A DNA stretch of 64,000 nucleotides from Nitrospirota bacterium (lineage in GTDB: Bacteria > Nitrospirota > UBA9217), in assembly GCA_963732675.1 (NCBI GenBank), contig CAVTAJ010000005.1, forward strand, positions 503,019 to 567,018, given 5' to 3'. The notes under the pieces are model-generated. The model worked only from the letters and a program-made list of their open reading frames with translations. It was not told where the DNA came from and ran no database searches. Made by a program: the position numbers and the translations under genes. Numbering within the stretch: the stretch's first letter is position 1; every line of letters starts with the position of its first letter. This document shows, piece after piece, positions 11,595-23,824 of the stretch.

Positions 11595-12740
11595 TTATTT
11601 GTATTTGAGAATTGCATCCGTCATCTTCGCGACCTGTGCCATGCGCGCCACGTCATGGACCCGCACGACGCGGGCGCCGCGCTCGATCCCGAGTGCCACG
11701 GTGGCCGCCGTGCCGTCCACCCGCTGTTCGGGCGCCTGGACATCCAGGACCGTGCCGATGAACTTTTTCCTCGACGTGCCGAGCACGATCGGCCTGCCGA
11801 GCGCCTGGAATTCATCGAGCCGGTCCAGGATCGCAAGGTTGTGTTCAAGTGTCTTGCCGAAGCCGATGCCCGGGTCGATGAAGATCTTTTCCCGGTCCAC
11901 GCCTGCTTTTACGGCGATCTCGATCCCCTCCTCGAAATAGGCCATGATCTCGCCGATTACATCGTCATAGACAGGGTTCTGCTGCATATTACGCGGAGTA
12001 CCCTTGATGTGCATGATGACCACGGCAGCGCCGGAATCGGCCACCACGTTCGCCATGTCGGGCGAGAACCTGAGCCCGCTGATGTCGTTCACGATCCGCG
12101 CGCCCGCCTCGATCGCTTTTTTCGCTACCGATGACTTATAGGTATCGACCGATATCGGGACCGCAAGCTCGGCTGAAAGGCGCTCGATGAGCGGGATGAT
12201 CCGGCGGAGCTCTTCCTCTTCGGCCACAGGCGCCGCTCCGGGCCGGGTGGACTCCCCGCCGATATCGATGATATCCGCGCCTGCGGCAGCCATTACATGG
12301 GCATGCGTCAGAGCCCTCACGGCATCGGCATAATGCCCGCCATCGGAAAAGGAATCAGGGGTCACGTTCAGGATACCCATGATGTGTGTGCGGCTGCCGA
12401 GGTCGAGGACCTTGCCTCCGCAGTTAATCTTATAGTCTGAGCGCAGGTAGTTGTCAAGCAGAGAGTGGAATGTTTCAGCAAGACCGGTTGGGAAGCGTTG
12501 ATCTTCAGCGAGTAGCAGGGAAAGTTGCCTCAGCTGGTTCGGGGTGCCGGCCACAATAATCTCGTGAGGAACTGTATCAGTTGATCGTACCCGCTGAAAA
12601 GAAATCGGAGCAGGGTGTAAGGCTGCTCCGATTAGTGATGATGGAAGAATTTGGGAAAGGGCGTCCGCCTGGCCGGCATTGAGGCCCTTCAGAGTTATGG
12701 TGAGTGCCCCGTGGCCGGAGATCCGGAGGACAGGCCCCAT
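11595..12740 (-). CDS. folP: Dihydropteroate synthase with an N-terminal extension
   Basis: Motifs MGILNVTPDSFSDGG, GGESTRPG, DPGIGFGK, GTSRKKF and RVHDV. Confidence 0.95.
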   Translation of the reverse strand: MGPVLRISGHGALTITLKGLNAGQADALSQILPSSLIGAALHPAPISFQRVRSTDTVPHEIIVAGTPNQLRQLSLLLAEDQRFPTGLAETFHSLLDNYLRSDYKINCGGKVLDLGSRTHIMGILNVTPDSFSDGGHYADAVRALTHAHVMAAAGADIIDIGGESTRPGAAPVAEEEELRRIIPLIERLSAELAVPISVDTYKSSVAKKAIEAGARIVNDISGLRFSPDMANVVADSGAAVVIMHIKGTPRNMQQNPVYDDVIGEIMAYFEEGIEIAVKAGVDREKIFIDPGIGFGKTLEHNLAILDRLDEFQALGRPIVLGTSRKKFIGTVLDVQAPEQRVDGTAATVALGIERGARVVRVHDVARMAQVAKMTDAILKYK

Positions 12741-12749
12741 ACCGCCCTC

Positions 12750-14547
<1,798 letters not shown>

Positions 14548-14805
14548 TAGGAGAAACCTCCAATATTTCGCATTAGTAAATTGTTAAATTGAAGATTGAA
14601 CAATGAAAATCGAGCGATTTCATCACCATACAAAATTCAACAGGCAACCTTCATTTCCGTTCATAGTAACATATTCCTGCGTTCAAGACAACAATTTATC
14701 CACTCTTTACCCTGACCCGAGACAGTCCTCAGGCAACTGTCTGATAGTTGAAACGGCGAATTGCCGATCAAATGGGCCAAACTCCCGGTTCTTCACGTGT
14801 GGCCG

Positions 14806-15351
14806 TTACGGTGCCTGGCGCTCCTCCATGGGAAGCACGGCGATATAGGGCAGATTGCGGTAGCGGTCTTTGTAGTCCAGTCCGTAACCGACCACATATT
14901 TGTTCGGGATGCGAAAGCCCGCATAGTCCGCCTCGATCGGGACCTGCCGGCGGTCGGACTTGTCGAGCAGCACGCACACCTTGAGTGAAGCCGGATCCCG
15001 CTCAAGGAGCATCTTCTTGAGATAATCGATGGTCACGCCGGAGTCCATGATATCCTCGATCAGCAGGACGTGTTTGCCTTTGATATCTTCTTTCATGTCG
15101 CACAGCATGTGCACCGGATTGCCGTCCATGCTTTTGGTGGCGGAACTGGTGCAGTGGATGAAGTCCATCCTGACGGAGATCCTGAGTGAACGGAGCAGGT
15201 CGGACATAAAAAAAAGCGCGCCTTTGAGGACCCCGACGGCGAGAAGGTCCTTGTCGGCATAGTCTGTAGAGACGCGTGCGCCTATCTCCTGTATCTTCCG
15301 CTGGATCTCCTCACGGGTAAAAAGCGGTTTTCCAAAATCGATGCCTACCAT
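14806..15351 (-). CDS. hpt: Hypoxanthine phosphoribosyltransferase
   Basis: Motifs VLKGA, VLLIEDIMDSGVT and VVGYGLDY...YRNLPYI. Confidence 0.95.
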   Translation of the reverse strand: MVGIDFGKPLFTREEIQRKIQEIGARVSTDYADKDLLAVGVLKGALFFMSDLLRSLRISVRMDFIHCTSSATKSMDGNPVHMLCDMKEDIKGKHVLLIEDIMDSGVTIDYLKKMLLERDPASLKVCVLLDKSDRRQVPIEADYAGFRIPNKYVVGYGLDYKDRYRNLPYIAVLPMEERQAP

Positions 15352-15408
15352 TGATGCCCTCCATAATGACAATCGGGTCGAAGATGAATGTGCAGGGTTG
15401 CCTCTCCG

Positions 15409-16795
15409 TTATTTCGCAATTCGAAATCGCACCATCAGACCTTTTCTTGTGTTCGGTCCCGGCAGGAACCTCTCGTCCGTCCGGAGCCCCACGACCCACA
15501 GGATGTCTTCTCCCGAGCAGAGCAGGGGGACTGTGTCACGCATCCTGCGAGGGACCTTCTCGTCCACGAAGTAGTCCTGGAGCTTTTTTCTTTTGCCGCC
15601 CATCCCCGCTGGGCAGAACCAGTCGCCGGAATGCCTGTTCCTGTATGTCAGAAACGACCCCATCTTATCATAATCGAACAGGGCCTGCCAGACATAATTT
15701 TTATCTTCCGGCTCCACCGGGAGGCGGTCGGTGATCAACGTCTCGACCATCAAGGGGAGTTCCGGTATCATGGTAATGCCCGGTATGCTGATCGGATAGG
15801 AAAAAGTATCTGTTATCGATCGGGCGCTGAGAACGAAGCGGTCGTACTCGCGTCCGACGGTGAGGCCGTGGGGCAGATCCATGGTCCTGCCCGTCTGGGC
15901 CGAGGCCATGAACGCGAGGGCCTCGTCGATTTGGACCTGGGACAGCCCCGAGGATTCCACGCCGGCAAGGTCCAATGCTCTTTTCAGCAGTCTGCGCCTG
16001 AAGGCAATGGGCAGTGCACTGAACTCCTTCCTCTTGATAAAAAGGTCATTCTCTTTCCGTTCCAGGATGCTGTCCGCGAGTGTTGCACAATGGAACTCGA
16101 TTGCTTCGTCCTCGTCCCGAAGAAGGGCAGCCTCGGCAGCGAGCGTCTCGACGATGCGGGGGTTGAATCCCTTCAGGATAGGTATGATCTCGAGCCGGAT
16201 CCTGTTTCTGGTATATACGGGTTTCGCGTTCGATGGATCAGTTACGAACGAAAGACCCGTCTCCTTCAGGTACTCCAGCACCTCGTCACGCGTGATTTCG
16301 ATGAGCGGTCTGACAATGTTCTCCCGCACCGCGGGGATGGCCGAGAGGCCGGAGGCACCGGCGCCGCGCAAGAGCCGCATGAGGAAGGTTTCGGCCTGAT
16401 CGTCTGCCGTATGGCCTGTTGCGATGTGGGCTGCATCCGATCGTCTTAGCCACCCGTTGCAAAAAATCGTACCGTACTTCCCGCGCACCCTCCTGGGGCG
16501 ACAGCCCTCTCTCGAGGCAGTAGACCGGTACGTCAAAATTCTCGATGGTCGCCGGGATTCCGAGCTTGTTCGCAAGTTCACCAACGAACAGCGCCTCATC
16601 GGCAGACTCTTTGCCGCGGAACATGTGGTCGAGGTGGGCAATGCGCAGGGTCAGGTCGAGTTCCATTGCTAAAGCCTGAAGGACGCTCAGGAGGCAGACC
16701 GAATCCGGTCCGCCCGAGACGGCGACGAGCACCCGTTCGCCGGGGGAGAGCATGCGATATTTCTTTATTGTTTCTTTGATCGTGGTAAGCAGCAT
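15409..16795 (-). CDS. tilS: tRNA(Ile)-lysidine synthetase, with an apparent frameshift at ~16440
   Basis: AVSGGPDS in one frame; TGHTADDQAET, RNRIR and KKLQDYFVDEKVP in the next; tilS-hpt-ftsH synteny. Confidence 0.95.
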
Positions 16796-16891
16796 GATAT
16801 GAGAACGCGAGTCGCTCCGTGAAGGCAGTTCCTCTGGTGTTATTCTATTCTAGTGAAAGATTTTGATGAGAAAAAGGAAAGGGGGCAAAAA

Positions 16892-16967
16892 TGGTGGCGG
16901 TGCAGGGACTCGAACCCCGGACACAGGGATTATGATTCCCCTGCTCTACCAGCTGAGCTACACCGCC
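16892..16967 (-). tRNA. tRNA-Met(CAT), elongator type
   Basis: GGCGGTGTAGCTCAGCTGGTAGAGCAGGGGAATCATAATCCCTGTGTCCGGGGTTCGAGTCCCTGCACCGCCACCA folds as a cloverleaf with G1-C72 paired and CCA encoded. TTGACA-17-TATCTT lies upstream. Confidence 0.93.
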
Positions 16968-17158
16968 ACGAGAAAATTTAGAGGCACAAGATACTGTATT
17001 ACGGCATTTTTGTCAAGAAAAACCTGATTCAGGAGGACACACTGTCAGTAAATCTTTTCAGCAGGATCACGGGATACCAAAAATGGGTGCTTCTCAACGA
17101 AATCGGCTAAAGACCGTGAGCATCCTGCTCATCCTGTTATCCTGTCAAAAGACCGCGT

Positions 17159-17764
17159 CTATTCCTTGAACCTCGTTTCTTCCTTCTGGATATTTTCCAG
17201 CGCTTCTTTTTTCGTCTTGCAGGCGATGCAGTACCGGGCAAGAGGGTTTACCTCGAGGCGTTTGATGTCGATTTCCTCACCGCATTCCTCGCACTGGCCG
17301 TAGGAATTATTCTGGAGCTTTCGGAAGGCATCAGCGATGTCTTTGTACTGCTCATACTTCATTTCCAGAAGCGAGTAATCGATGCCCTGGTCCATGTCGA
17401 GTGCGGACTGGTCGGCGCTGTCCATGGCCGAGTCGATCTTCTGTCCCGTTTCCCGGACCAGTTTACGGCCGATCTGGGCCTCAAGGTTTTCCACAACCTC
17501 GTTCCGTTTTTTGAGCAGTAATTTTGACAGCAGCTCATTCCGTTTCTTCACGGCCGCAGATATTCGTGGTTTGACCGCCGTGGCCTTTGCGATTTTTGTC
17601 GCTGTTTTTTTTACGGCCCTGGTGGCGGCCTTCTTGACCTTTATCTTTTTTACCGTGCTTTTCTTCGAGCCGGCCTTCTTCACGACTTTTTTAGCTGACT
17701 TTTTTACGGTGGGTTTCGCAGGCTTGGTAGCTTTTTTCTTTTTTGCGCCTTTTTTTACCGCCAT
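17159..17764 (-). CDS. DksA/TraR C4 zinc-finger protein with a Lys/Ala-rich histone-like N-terminus
   Basis: DSADQS coiled-coil tip and YGQCEECGEEIDIKRLEVNPLARYCIAC zinc finger. Confidence 0.9.
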   Translation of the reverse strand: MAVKKGAKKKKATKPAKPTVKKSAKKVVKKAGSKKSTVKKIKVKKAATRAVKKTATKIAKATAVKPRISAAVKKRNELLSKLLLKKRNEVVENLEAQIGRKLVRETGQKIDSAMDSADQSALDMDQGIDYSLLEMKYEQYKDIADAFRKLQNNSYGQCEECGEEIDIKRLEVNPLARYCIACKTKKEALENIQKEETRFKE

Positions 17765-17966
17765 AATAGTACTCCCTCCTGACCATCATAGGCAACTTGG
17801 ATTCGTATTATAGTTATCTATTAAAGCAAATTCAAGACAATTTGTCAGGTATCGCAAGAAAATTTCTCATTTCCAAGCCTATGAAACGGCCAGGAACAGG
17901 GGGGAGATAGCTATTTGACGGTTTTTCTGTTACTATAATTTGAATAAAGCCGGGCACGAGGACCCT

Positions 17967-20123
17967 ATGCGAAAACACTTTTTTATCATATTTATGGTCA
18001 TTTTGGCGGGATTTTTCTCCTTTGCAGATAACGGATTCGCATCGTTTTCAGGACAGAATGGTGCAACGAGAATGAACAACGACTGGATATACCGGAAACA
18101 ACTCTTACTGGAGTACGGCGCGCTGGCAACAACAAAGAACGAGATTCCGCTCAGGGATTTCCAGAGCGGGGCTGACGAAGCTTCCCGGGCCATCGGGCGT
18201 GCCAAGACCATCCTTGTCTTTCACCTGCTGCGACGAATGGCTGGAGAAGAGGCGTATTCCCGTCTCGCAGGTACGAATATGGTCGAAGACCCGGTGAGGT
18301 CCTGGGACGAGATCAAGGGACGGTTCGAGAAAGAGCTTGGCCAGGACCTCGGATGGTTCTTCAAACAGTGGGTGGACCGGAAGGGACTCCCTGATCTGCG
18401 AGTGGAGAATGCCTCGATCCAGCGGAATGGCAGCCGGTTCAAGATCAGCTTTGACCTTGTCCAGAAGGGCGAGGTCTATACCCTGGACATCCCCATCGTC
18501 ATCTCCTTTATCCACGGCAAGGATAGGTCGGAAATGGTGAAGCTCGAAGCGGATAAGAAAGAGGTTGTCCTTTTTGTTGACGAAGAGCCGTCAGCGGTGG
18601 TGATCGATCCGGAGTATGATGTTCCCCGGAGGCTGACGGATGCCGAGACACCGCCGCTTCTTGCAAAACTGCTGTCCGAGGAAAAGCCGGTTCTCGTTAC
18701 GGCCGTAACCGGCAGAGAGATATACGCAGGAGCAGTTGCTGCATGGAAGCAGCGGGGCGCAGAGGAGCGGCAGACCGACACGATCAAAGATGCGGATGTC
18801 AACGGGTCGTCCTTTCTTGCGTTCGGTCCGGACAATCCTCTCGTTGGCAGGCTCTACGGCAGGGTTGAAACGGGAAACGGGGCGCTCTCCCTGGTAGCGA
18901 AGAAAAATCCCTGGAACCCGGACAAGGTCGTTGTGATCGTCCAGGCGAGGACCGAGCAGGCCGCATCCGAGGCTCTCAGCGCTGTCCTTTTACACGGGAT
19001 TTGCAGCGCCTTGTCGATCGACGCAAAAGGACAGGTGGCGCAGAAGACCCTGGAATCCGAGCAAGGGATCGTGATGGAGCTGCGGGAAGAGGCTACGGCC
19101 ATCGACGTTTCAGCACTCAAAACGATTTCCAACGTGATCGAGGGCGTGTCAAGAAAGAAGATCGTGTATGTGGGAGAATACCACGACCGGTTTGCGCACC
19201 ACAACGTCGAACTCCAGATCATCAAGGGCCTCTTTCAGAAGGACCCGAAGATCGCCGTGGGTATGGAGATGTTCCAGCGGCCTTTCCAGAAAACGCTTGA
19301 TGAGTACGTCAGCGGTTCGATCGACGAGCGGGAGTTCCTGAAGAAGTCGGAGTATTTCAAGCGCTGGGGTTTCGACTATAACCTGTATAAGCCGATCCTC
19401 GATTATGCCCGCGCTGAGAAAATCCCAGTCGTTGCCCTGAACCTGAGCCGCGAGATCACTGATAAAGTGGCGAAGACGGGCATGGACTCTCTCACGAATG
19501 ATGAGCGGAAGGACGTCCCGGAGCAGATGGATTTTTCCGACTTGGAGTACCGCGACCGGCTCAGGCAGGTGTTTGATCAGCATGCAGCAGCAAGCGAACG
19601 GAACTTCGACTTTTTCCTGCAGGCCCAGATCCTGTGGGATGAGGGCATGGCCCGGTCCATCGACGATTACCTCCGGAAGAACGCGGACCAGCGGATGGTC
19701 GTGATGGCGGGCGTGGGGCACCTTGCCTACGGTTCGGGGGTCCCGAAAAGGACCTTCCGGCGGAACGGTTTACCCTATGCGACGGTCCTGAGCGATGTTG
19801 CGATCGAGGCGGACATTGCCGACTTTGTCGTGTTCCCCCCATCGCTCGACGGGATGACCTCGCCGAAGATCATGGCCGTGCTCAAGGAGAGCGGGGAACA
19901 GGTCAGCATCGCGGACCTGCCGGAAGGGAGTGTCTCAAAGAAGGCCGGCATCAAGGTCGGCGATATTGTGGTGTCGCTCGACAACACGTTGATCAGGAGC
20001 GTGGATGATATCAGGATCGCGCTCTTTTACAAAAAGTCGGAGGACAGGGTCCGGATCAAGGTGGTGCGCAAGCGGTTCCTGCCGGGGTATGCGGAGATTG
20101 AATTCGACGTGAAGTTGCAGTAA
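17967..20123 (+). CDS. Exported protein: truncated M1-peptidase-like region + ChaN/EreA-like domain + PDZ
   Basis: Signal peptide; VFHLLRR..FFKQWV..PDL..IDPEYDVPRRL (M1 C-terminal part); YVGEYHD, VGMEMF, AQILWDEGMA and AGVGH (ChaN); KAGIKVGDIVVSLD (PDZ). Confidence 0.85.
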   Translation: MRKHFFIIFMVILAGFFSFADNGFASFSGQNGATRMNNDWIYRKQLLLEYGALATTKNEIPLRDFQSGADEASRAIGRAKTILVFHLLRRMAGEEAYSRLAGTNMVEDPVRSWDEIKGRFEKELGQDLGWFFKQWVDRKGLPDLRVENASIQRNGSRFKISFDLVQKGEVYTLDIPIVISFIHGKDRSEMVKLEADKKEVVLFVDEEPSAVVIDPEYDVPRRLTDAETPPLLAKLLSEEKPVLVTAVTGREIYAGAVAAWKQRGAEERQTDTIKDADVNGSSFLAFGPDNPLVGRLYGRVETGNGALSLVAKKNPWNPDKVVVIVQARTEQAASEALSAVLLHGICSALSIDAKGQVAQKTLESEQGIVMELREEATAIDVSALKTISNVIEGVSRKKIVYVGEYHDRFAHHNVELQIIKGLFQKDPKIAVGMEMFQRPFQKTLDEYVSGSIDEREFLKKSEYFKRWGFDYNLYKPILDYARAEKIPVVALNLSREITDKVAKTGMDSLTNDERKDVPEQMDFSDLEYRDRLRQVFDQHAAASERNFDFFLQAQILWDEGMARSIDDYLRKNADQRMVVMAGVGHLAYGSGVPKRTFRRNGLPYATVLSDVAIEADIADFVVFPPSLDGMTSPKIMAVLKESGEQVSIADLPEGSVSKKAGIKVGDIVVSLDNTLIRSVDDIRIALFYKKSEDRVRIKVVRKRFLPGYAEIEFDVKLQ

Positions 20124-20314
20124 TTTTTTAAGACAGTCGGCAGGTGATATGCTATCATAAGAATATCCGTGTGCTGACGGGAATGGCTGCCTCAATTGCG
20201 TCAGGCCGTACCGGGGCACCGGGGCGGCAGGATGGATAGGTTCCCTTTATTGAAGGTGACAACCTGTCTTCGTGGTAAAAGAAATATCAACCCGTGATTA
20301 TACAGGAGGGGCAG

Positions 20315-21124
20315 ATGAAAAAATATATTCTTGTTGCGATGGCCGCCGCGCTTGCTGTTTCGGGGTGCTCAGGCGTGGTCGCGAAGAACTTCAAGGTCTT
20401 CGCCGACCCTCCAGACTCAACCATCAGGGTCGTTTCGGGCATTGACCTGAAGGAATTGAAGTACCGATCGCCTGCGACCATTACGGCCGAAGCGCCGAAG
20501 GACCCCGCGCTTGCGTCTAAGGCGGTCCTTGAGGTGAGCAAGGATAACTATCAGCCGAAGATCATAGCGCTTCGAGACATCAATGAAGGCGAGACCCTCA
20601 ATATCAAACTGGAGAGGATCTTGAAGGATATCGTCAGATACAAGCTGTCGTTCCGGCTCGTCAGCCCCGTCGTGTCCCAGGAGCTCCAGTTCCGGGACAA
20701 GAACATATCCATCGCCTTTACTGTCGGCGAGCAGGGCTTCCAGATGCATTTCGAGAACCTCAGCCCCAACGATCTGAAAATATTGTGGGACCGCGCCGAG
20801 TATACCGGCGTGAACAGACAACCGCAGCGGCTCATGCATTCCGGTGTCCGCTTCCCGGACCGGCACAATCCCATCCCTGATCAGTTCGTGCTGTCCCGGG
20901 GTTCCGTGCAGGAGGCGGTGTTCCCGATCAGCAATGTGTATATGTTGCCGCAGAGAAAGGGGTATGATATTCGCCCCTTGTTCCCGCTCGAGACCGACGA
21001 TGCGGCTGGACTGAAAGGGAAGAGCGTCAATCTTTTTATCCCTGTGGAGGTCAACCGCCAGATCATCCCGTATAATTTCAAGATTGAGATCATGGACGCC
21101 GTGAAGGAGGTCAACAAGGGCTGA
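20315..21124 (+). CDS. Hypothetical lipoprotein
   Basis: GGAGG RBS and lipobox AVSGC. Confidence 0.75.
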   Translation: MKKYILVAMAAALAVSGCSGVVAKNFKVFADPPDSTIRVVSGIDLKELKYRSPATITAEAPKDPALASKAVLEVSKDNYQPKIIALRDINEGETLNIKLERILKDIVRYKLSFRLVSPVVSQELQFRDKNISIAFTVGEQGFQMHFENLSPNDLKILWDRAEYTGVNRQPQRLMHSGVRFPDRHNPIPDQFVLSRGSVQEAVFPISNVYMLPQRKGYDIRPLFPLETDDAAGLKGKSVNLFIPVEVNRQIIPYNFKIEIMDAVKEVNKG

Positions 21125-21188
21125 TCGATGCCGCTGACATATGATTTGCATCATAGGTACAGTATTGCAGGAGGTGTAGAATAGGGTC

Positions 21189-21431
21189 ATGTTTAAAGAA
21201 GGTTGCCCAGGAAGTAGTGAGATACGTTCGCCAAAGCCGGAGGATATCCGGTGCCAGAAATGCGGCGAGAAGATCGAGATCTGGAGCGATGAGCCGGATA
21301 CCGCCTGCAAGAAGTGCGGCCATCTGAACGCGCGGCCCATCGGCACGTCCTGCATCGAGTGGTGCGCCTTTGCCAAGGACTGCGTCGGCGCTGAAAAGCT
21401 CGAGAAGCTTCTGAAGGCTGCCAAGGGCTAA
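21189..21431 (+). CDS. Small 8-Cys metal-binding protein
   Basis: CPGS..CQKC..CKKC..SCIEWCAFAKDC; GGAGG upstream. Confidence 0.75.
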   Translation: MFKEGCPGSSEIRSPKPEDIRCQKCGEKIEIWSDEPDTACKKCGHLNARPIGTSCIEWCAFAKDCVGAEKLEKLLKAAKG

Positions 21432-21578
21432 TCCGTATGTTACTCAATCCTTTATTCGTATCTGCACGGTTTCATTTGCCGACTTGAGTAGCTGCGATAT
21501 CCTTTAAAAGGGGAGTAAAAAGATGTATAATGGTATTAATCCAGAACAGCCTGGGGATTGGGAAAAGGAGAATAGATC

Positions 21579-21806
21579 ATGACCAAAGAAAAAGTTGAAG
21601 ATGCCTTGAAACAGGTTCGTCCGGCGCTCCAGCGTGACGGCGGAGATATCGAGCTGGTGAGCGTGGAAGAGAACGGTACGGTGAAAGTACGGCTCAAAGG
21701 CGCCTGCGGGGCCTGCCCCATGTCCACGATGACGCTCAAGATGGGTGTGGAAAAGCACCTCAAGCAGCAGTTCCCCGAGCTCAAGGAAGTTGTCCAGGTC
21801 GCGTAA
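21579..21806 (+). CDS. NifU-C / NfuA-type Fe-S carrier
   Basis: VRPALQRDGGDIELV..GACGACP. Confidence 0.93.
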   Translation: MTKEKVEDALKQVRPALQRDGGDIELVSVEENGTVKVRLKGACGACPMSTMTLKMGVEKHLKQQFPELKEVVQVA

Positions 21807-21827
21807 GGCCTCCCTTGAAAAATTGAC

Positions 21828-21954
21828 GGCTGTTGCTCAAATCGATTCCGTGCCTCACCAAGCTCAGCATGAACGAAAAAGCCTTGATGACAAGACCGCA
21901 ATGCCGTTCGTACTAAGCCTGTCGAAGGTCAACGGGTTTGTCTGGGCAACAGCC
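21828..21954. mobile_element. MITE-like element with internal REP-like arms
   Basis: Terminal inverted repeat GGCTGTTGC...GCAACAGCC encloses arms CAAGCTCAGCATGAACG and CGTTCGTACTAAGCCTG. Confidence 0.5.
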
Positions 21955-22302
21955 TATTGCAGCAAGGTCCTCCGTGGACCGACTTGCCTGACGCTTTTGC
22001 AAGTCTGCGCTGATGTCCCTTTCGCCGGGATGGCGGACATCCGGATATGGCTGCCGAATATTGATCTTCTCGTACTTGAACCGAGGAAATGCAGTCAGCC
22101 ACGAGTAAAGGTTTGCACAGGCAGGCCCGCAGAGAACATACAGATAAATCAAATCCCTCTCCGCACCCTCTTATCCACTCATGCGTGTCGCTATTTTCTA
22201 TTCATTGAGCACGCGATCCCAACGAAGCAAACAGTATGAATATCACGGCGTTACGAAATGAAACACGAAAGCCGTTCTCACATCCATTCGGTAAAAATTC
22301 GC

Positions 22303-22331
22303 TTGACACTTCGACCCCATTCTGTTATAAA
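22303..22331 (+). promoter_or_regulatory. sigma70-type promoter of the rnf operon
   Basis: TTGACA-17 bp-TATAAA with an extended -10 TG. Confidence 0.65.
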
Positions 22332-22401
22332 CGCAACGGCTTTTAGTAGAAATTCTCAAGTTGTAATTTCAACGTTTATACTATTTGGCGGGTGAGACAG
22401 A

Positions 22402-23747
22402 ATGGAAGCCACGACTGTAAAAGCGCATGATACGTTCAGCGGAGGTGTGCATCCTGCTGGTAACAAGCACCTCACAGCACACAAGCCGGCCGTTGCCGCA
22501 GCAATTCCCAAACGCGTAATCATTCCCCTGAGCCAGCACATTGGCGCACCTACCAAACCCCTCGTTGTCATTGGACAGGAAGTAAAAAAAGGAGAAAAGA
22601 TCGGAGAGACCACCGGTTTTGTCTCCGCTCCTGTCCATGCATCGATCTCCGGCAAGGTAACGGCCATCGGCAATTTCCCGCACATCCTCGGTATGGATCT
22701 GCCTTCGATCATTATCGAGAGCGACGGCAAGGATGAGTGGGTGGCCGGCATCAAGGAAACGCCTGACTTCAGCGTGTTGAGCCCTGACGAGCTCAAAAAG
22801 CTCGTGCTGGATGCCGGCATTGTCGGCATGGGCGGAGCAACCTTCCCGACACACGTTAAACTTTCCCCCCCAAAGAGAAACCGATCGACGTGGTGATCCT
22901 GAACGGAGCCGAGTGCGAGCCCTTTCTGACCTCCGACCACCGGCTCATGCTCGAAAGACCGAATGAGATCATCGAGGGCCTCAAGATCCTCATGCGGATC
23001 CTGAATGTCAGCAAGGGATATATCGGCATCGAGGCAAACAAGCCGGACGCCATCGAGACCATGACCAGGGCCGCGGCAGGATCTCCGGAGATCAAGGTCT
23101 GGCCCGTCAAGGTCAAGTACCCGCAGGGCGCGGAAAAAATGCTTATCAAGGCCATTGCCAACAGGACCGTTCCCGCAGGCAGCCTGCCCATGGATGTGGG
23201 CGTGGTGGTGCAGAACGTGGGCACGGCCGAGGCCATTTATACCGCGGTCCGCTACGGCAGGCCGCTGATCGAACGCTATGTCACCGTGACCGGCAGGGGA
23301 GTGAAGGACCCAAAGAACTTCCTCGTCCGTGTCGGGACGCCGTTCTCCCAGCTTATCGAAGAAGCAGGCGGCTTCACAGACGATGCGGCCAAGGTGATCT
23401 CCGGCGGTCCCATGATGGGCATGAGCCAGTACACACTTGATGTTCCGGTGATCAAAGGGACGTCCGGCATCACGGTCATCCCAAAGGCCGAAGTGAGCAT
23501 GCAATCCTACGGACCTTGCATCCGCTGCGGCCGATGCATCGATGCCTGCCCCATGAAGCTCCAGCCGTCCCTCCTCGGGATCTATATTGAGAAGGGCCAT
23601 TACGAAGATGCAAAGGACTACAACCTGATGGACTGCTTTGAGTGCGGCTCATGCACGTTTGTCTGCCCGGCCAACCGCCCCATGGTCCAGTGGGTGAAGA
23701 AGGCGAAAAAGGAACTGGCGAAGAAGAAAGAACTGACAAACGCATAG
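22402..23747 (+). CDS. rnfC: Rnf subunit C, with an apparent frameshift at ~22870
   Basis: GGVHP, QHIGAP, GMGGATFPTHVK; then NGAECEP, YPQGAEK, GGPMMG, CIRCGRCIDACP and CFECGSCTFVCP. Confidence 0.95.
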
Positions 23748-23824
23748 AGCAGAGCGTTCAAAGAGCAGAGGGCACAATACACTATGCCCTATGCTGCCAT
23801 GCGGATAGAAAAGAGGTTTATGCG

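Noticed and set aside
16892-16967. CAT-anticodon tRNA next to tilS as tRNA-Ile2 (the TilS substrate)
   Set aside because: The acceptor stem GGCGGTG and the GAATCATAATC arm resemble elongator tRNA-Met. An isotype-specific model would settle it.
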